This document shows positions 60,833 through 64,000 of a DNA stretch of 64,000 bases, piece by piece. The notes beneath the pieces are model-generated. The model searched no databases, was not told the DNA's origin, and worked only from the letters and a program-made list of their open reading frames with translations. The position numbers and the translations under genes are program-made. This stretch comes from Candidatus Latescibacterota bacterium. GTDB taxonomy: Bacteria; Latescibacterota; UBA2968; SICM01. Location of the stretch: assembly GCA_965217865.1 (NCBI GenBank), contig CBDCJO010000002.1, positions 5,280,001 to 5,344,000 of the forward strand. The letters run 5' to 3'. The first letter of the stretch is position 1. Each line of letters opens with the position of its first letter.

Positions 60833-62365
60833 CTACATTCCCCATTCCGCCTCCCTGTAATATCGATCCACGACAGGTTCCATCTCCCTGTTGATCTCCA
60901 CATCTGAAGCCCCTTCGAACATCCCCTTCCAGAAATGCAGCATTCCCGCCATCGCCTCCCGGTCCAGGAATTTTGTCGACCCTGGGAAATCCAGGTCCAA
61001 CGCCCGATTTTTAAGATCGAGCGTGGGAATCGCCTCCGCCTTCATGCCCAGATTCCATCCCCAGAGGCCCATCGTCGGAAGGGTATTCTGGTAGGGGAGG
61101 ACCGAAAATCCAGCCGCTTCCATGGTGCGCTGGATGCAAATAAAGGTCCGGGGGGCAAGGAGTGGGCTGGAACTCTGCGTCACAAGAACGCCGTATTCCG
61201 ACAGATGCCGTTTGCAGGAACGGTAAAACCCCTCTGAATAGAGCCGGGCGAGATCGGGCCCTTTCGGATCCGGCAGGTCGATCACAATCACATCGAACAG
61301 CTGATCTGAGGCCGACAGGAATCGACCCGCGTCGTTATTCACCACCCGAACCTTTGGGGCATTCAACGAGCCTTCATTGGCATCGAGAAGCGCTGGATGG
61401 GTCTTTGCCAGATCGGTCATGGCTGGATCCAGGTCCACGAGTGTGATTGATTTTACATCCGGGTATTTTAAGACCTCTCGAACCGCCAGGCCATCTCCTC
61501 CTCCCATGACCAGGACCCGTTCGCGAGAGGCGGCGAGATTCATCGCAGGATGTACCAGAGGTTCGTGATAGCGGGCTTCGTCATAAGTGCTGAATTGCAC
61601 CGATCCGTTCAGGTAGAGCCAGTGGTAACCCTTCCATTCCGTGATCACGATCCGCTGATAGCGGGTCTGGTCCTGGTAGATCACACGGTCCCGGTAGCGA
61701 CTCTGCTCACCGAAGAGCACGATCGGTCGTATCAAAATCCCCAGGGCCAAAATGCAGATCGCCACCGCTCCAAAGGCCGCGGTCAAGCGCCCCCGAAAGG
61801 CCGTCAGGTCCCGGTACTTCCAGAGAAGTATGGAGGCCACTCCAAAATTCACCGCGCCCAATGCGATGGGGGTATATGTCAAGCCCAAATGGGGCAGCGC
61901 AAAAAATGCGAACAGAAGCCCTCCTACCAGCGCTCCGTAATAGTCTTTCTCCATCACGGATGCGATGTTCGTTCGTAAATTCTCGTATGTCTGGTTCATC
62001 CTGGCGACCAGGGGGATCTCCATACCGATCAACAATCCTATCGCGGCCGCGTAGCCGTAAAGAACGGCCCCCGTCTGTCCGACGAGCGCCGTCCCGAAAT
62101 AGGCCGCTGCGCCACACGATGCGCACAGCGCTGATAGCGTAAATTCTACAGCGATGAAACGATCCAATAAACGCTTGGAGATATGTCGGCTCAGACGGCT
62201 GCCCAGCCCCATGGCAAAGAACATCAGGGACATCACCAGTGTCCACTGAAGGGTGGGGTTTCCGACCAGATAGCTGGCCAGCGTCGAGAGCGTGAACTCC
62301 GCAACAATCCCGGCGCACCCCGTTGCGAACAGACAGGCCTTAAGGAGATAGCTTCTCCCGGCCAC
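60833..62365 (-). CDS. speE: Membrane-bound polyamine aminopropyltransferase (spermidine synthase with N-terminal TM domain)
   Basis: About 7 TMs, then QT.YQ.I, LYLNG..QFS..DE.RYHE.LVHP, VLVMGGGDGLAVRE, VDLD and DLPDP. Confidence 0.9.
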   Translation of the reverse strand: MAGRSYLLKACLFATGCAGIVAEFTLSTLASYLVGNPTLQWTLVMSLMFFAMGLGSRLSRHISKRLLDRFIAVEFTLSALCASCGAAAYFGTALVGQTGAVLYGYAAAIGLLIGMEIPLVARMNQTYENLRTNIASVMEKDYYGALVGGLLFAFFALPHLGLTYTPIALGAVNFGVASILLWKYRDLTAFRGRLTAAFGAVAICILALGILIRPIVLFGEQSRYRDRVIYQDQTRYQRIVITEWKGYHWLYLNGSVQFSTYDEARYHEPLVHPAMNLAASRERVLVMGGGDGLAVREVLKYPDVKSITLVDLDPAMTDLAKTHPALLDANEGSLNAPKVRVVNNDAGRFLSASDQLFDVIVIDLPDPKGPDLARLYSEGFYRSCKRHLSEYGVLVTQSSSPLLAPRTFICIQRTMEAAGFSVLPYQNTLPTMGLWGWNLGMKAEAIPTLDLKNRALDLDFPGSTKFLDREAMAGMLHFWKGMFEGASDVEINREMEPVVDRYYREAEWGM

Positions 62366-62476
62366 CGATCACCTCCCTTCCTTTCCAGACCCCGGTTCCG
62401 GGTTTCCCCCTTCCCTTCACACCTTCCCGATCCAATTTTCATGTGGATTGGGTCTTAGGAACCTGGAACTATTTTA

Positions 62477-63343
62477 TCATAGACTCCAAACGATGAGGAA
62501 CGACGCGCCTATGTATGAAAACGCCTCGATAAAACCCGCTCCCACGTTTGGCTTTTCGGGATGGGCGATCTCATCAGACAGTTTGCTTCCCGGTAAGAGG
62601 ATCTTGTCCGTGATGAATCGGCCGACCGGGAGGAGCACCAGCCCGATGGCCAGATAGATCAAAAAGGACTGGAGATTCATCGACCAGGATATAAAGTCCC
62701 CCTCGACCGCGTGGCGGACGATGTTCCCGATTCCGAACAGGGCCCCGGCAAAACCTAACCCTGCGGCAACGTTATCCCGTTCGATTTCCTTGTGGAGATC
62801 GTAAGGGGTGATCCAGTTGTAGACTACCCCCGCCAGCACCAGGCCAAGTTGCCCCAATACCCAGAAAACCGTCGTGCTGACGACCGTGCCAAGGGCACCC
62901 GCAACGGCCACCCCTGAGACGGCCCCGTAGATGACCATCCCGGTTGCGAGATATGAGGCGCAGACAACCGCACCTGTTCCAACATTCTGGTCCCGGATAA
63001 TCTCATCTCGAATAGGGAAACCGTGGAGGATCAATCGGTCGTTGATAAAACGGGAGAGATTCAACAGCACGATCGACAAAGGTCCGAAGATCATCACATC
63101 GATCAAGTCTTCCTCCAGACCGTGTGAATCTCCTGACATCACACCCCCGATGGACAGGACCAGACCCATGTAGTATCCCACCATGGCAATCGCAAGGGCC
63201 TTGTTGCCCTTTTCGGCCAACTCCTCCCGCACGCGATAGGTGGGGGTGGTCCAATCGTACACGAGTTTCCCGATCAAGAACAGGATGTAGGAGCAGACCA
63301 GATAAATCCCCGTGGTCATTAAGTCAGTCCAATTAATTGTCAT
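62477..63343 (-). CDS. Tandem DUF350 membrane protein
   Basis: TP.Y....E....N.A and EI..DQN.G.G repeats twice, ~8 TMs. Confidence 0.85.
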   Translation of the reverse strand: MTINWTDLMTTGIYLVCSYILFLIGKLVYDWTTPTYRVREELAEKGNKALAIAMVGYYMGLVLSIGGVMSGDSHGLEEDLIDVMIFGPLSIVLLNLSRFINDRLILHGFPIRDEIIRDQNVGTGAVVCASYLATGMVIYGAVSGVAVAGALGTVVSTTVFWVLGQLGLVLAGVVYNWITPYDLHKEIERDNVAAGLGFAGALFGIGNIVRHAVEGDFISWSMNLQSFLIYLAIGLVLLPVGRFITDKILLPGSKLSDEIAHPEKPNVGAGFIEAFSYIGASFLIVWSL

Positions 63344-64000
63344 TTTCCAAATCCCCCGAAGCTACGGCTTCCAAAACCGGACCTGCTCCTACCGGCCCGA
63401 CTCCGAACCCTTTGCGAAAAGGAACTCTTCCTTCGCGCCATCGCCTGCTTGCGCCGCGCGAAGAAACTCGGTCTTTGTTGTTTGGTGATCGATCCCTTCG
63501 TTCCGAATTCTTTTTTTCGGCCGAAATAAGGACGCCTCTGAGTCCGATGGGTCCGATAACTGTCGTAATCATTCCGATAGACCGACCTCCCGCCCCACCC
63601 GAGCATGTGGCTCATCATGGCGTACTGTCCGTAAAAGACCCAGAAACTGTTCCCTCCTCCACCCCCCCAGTGGCCGTATTGGGGATTCCCGACATAATGG
63701 TAGCCTGCGGGGTGAGGCGTACTGTTCACCCCCTTGTCGGACTTGGCCACAAGGGCCATCCCCAAAAAGGCCTCGTATTTTCGATACACGGACTCCGGAA
63801 CCTCGACCCAGTTTGTCTCGATCTGCTTTTCCCCCTGCGTGATCTTATATCGATGGTAGTACTCGGGGAAATATGCCCCCTCCTCACGCATATCTTCCAG
63901 GATAATCATATAGTCGGGGGCCGAAGCAAGACTCCGCTGCATCTGTTCAACCGGGTCACGGGTTCCGCAACTCCACATCGCTAAGGTCATCGCGATCACA
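63340..64000 (-). CDS. Lipoprotein with Gly/Arg/Ser-rich tail (possibly 5'-partial), PspA-polyamine cluster partner
   Basis: Lipobox-like MWS-C; YVGNPQYG.W....SFW.FYGQY; tail RSGFGSRSFGGFGK overlaps the DUF350 start. Confidence 0.75.
   Translation of the reverse strand, partial: VIAMTLAMWSCGTRDPVEQMQRSLASAPDYMIILEDMREEGAYFPEYYHRYKITQGEKQIETNWVEVPESVYRKYEAFLGMALVAKSDKGVNSTPHPAGYHYVGNPQYGHWGGGGGNSFWVFYGQYAMMSHMLGWGGRSVYRNDYDSYRTHRTQRRPYFGRKKEFGTKGSITKQQRPSFFARRKQAMARRKSSFSQRVRSRAGRSRSGFGSRSFGGFGK

Overview
A 64-kb bacterial chromosomal window. Its secreted proteins carry 'YPNPFN' FlgD/T9SS-type C-termini and 'DFDG..VDFEDFF.FA..FG' EF-hand/dockerin tails, which suggests an FCB-group lineage such as Ca. 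Latescibacterota (inference). It contains sugar/organic-acid catabolic genes (GH4 tail, HpcH aldolase, SDR, Gfo/Idh/MocA, Hyi-like, Ogl-like, transhydrogenase), four pentapeptide-repeat genes, several large cohesin/dockerin/FG-GAP surface proteins broken by frameshifts, HU, YajQ, a GldA/F/G-like ABC system, a zincin-PD40-Omp85 protein, a five-gene signalling cluster with an NtrC-type activator, and a YbjN-PspA-DUF4178 / DUF350-spermidine-synthase module. Most notable: (1) an XRE-HTH fused to a ClpA/B/C NBD1 domain that has lost its ATPase motifs but kept its pore loop, with a palindromic operator, followed by an unannotated ~315-nt structured minus-strand RNA with its own promoter and terminator; (2) six same-orientation palindromic elements retaining N- and/or C-terminal stubs of an IS200-like Y1 transposase, two of which bracket the module in (1); (3) DUF559-stub repeats, 78-bp direct repeats around an 8.2-kb adhesin gene, three sigma54 promoters and a temptin-like CxxCH protein. 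No rRNA, tRNA or CRISPR array was found. All family assignments come from motif recognition by eye, not from database searches.
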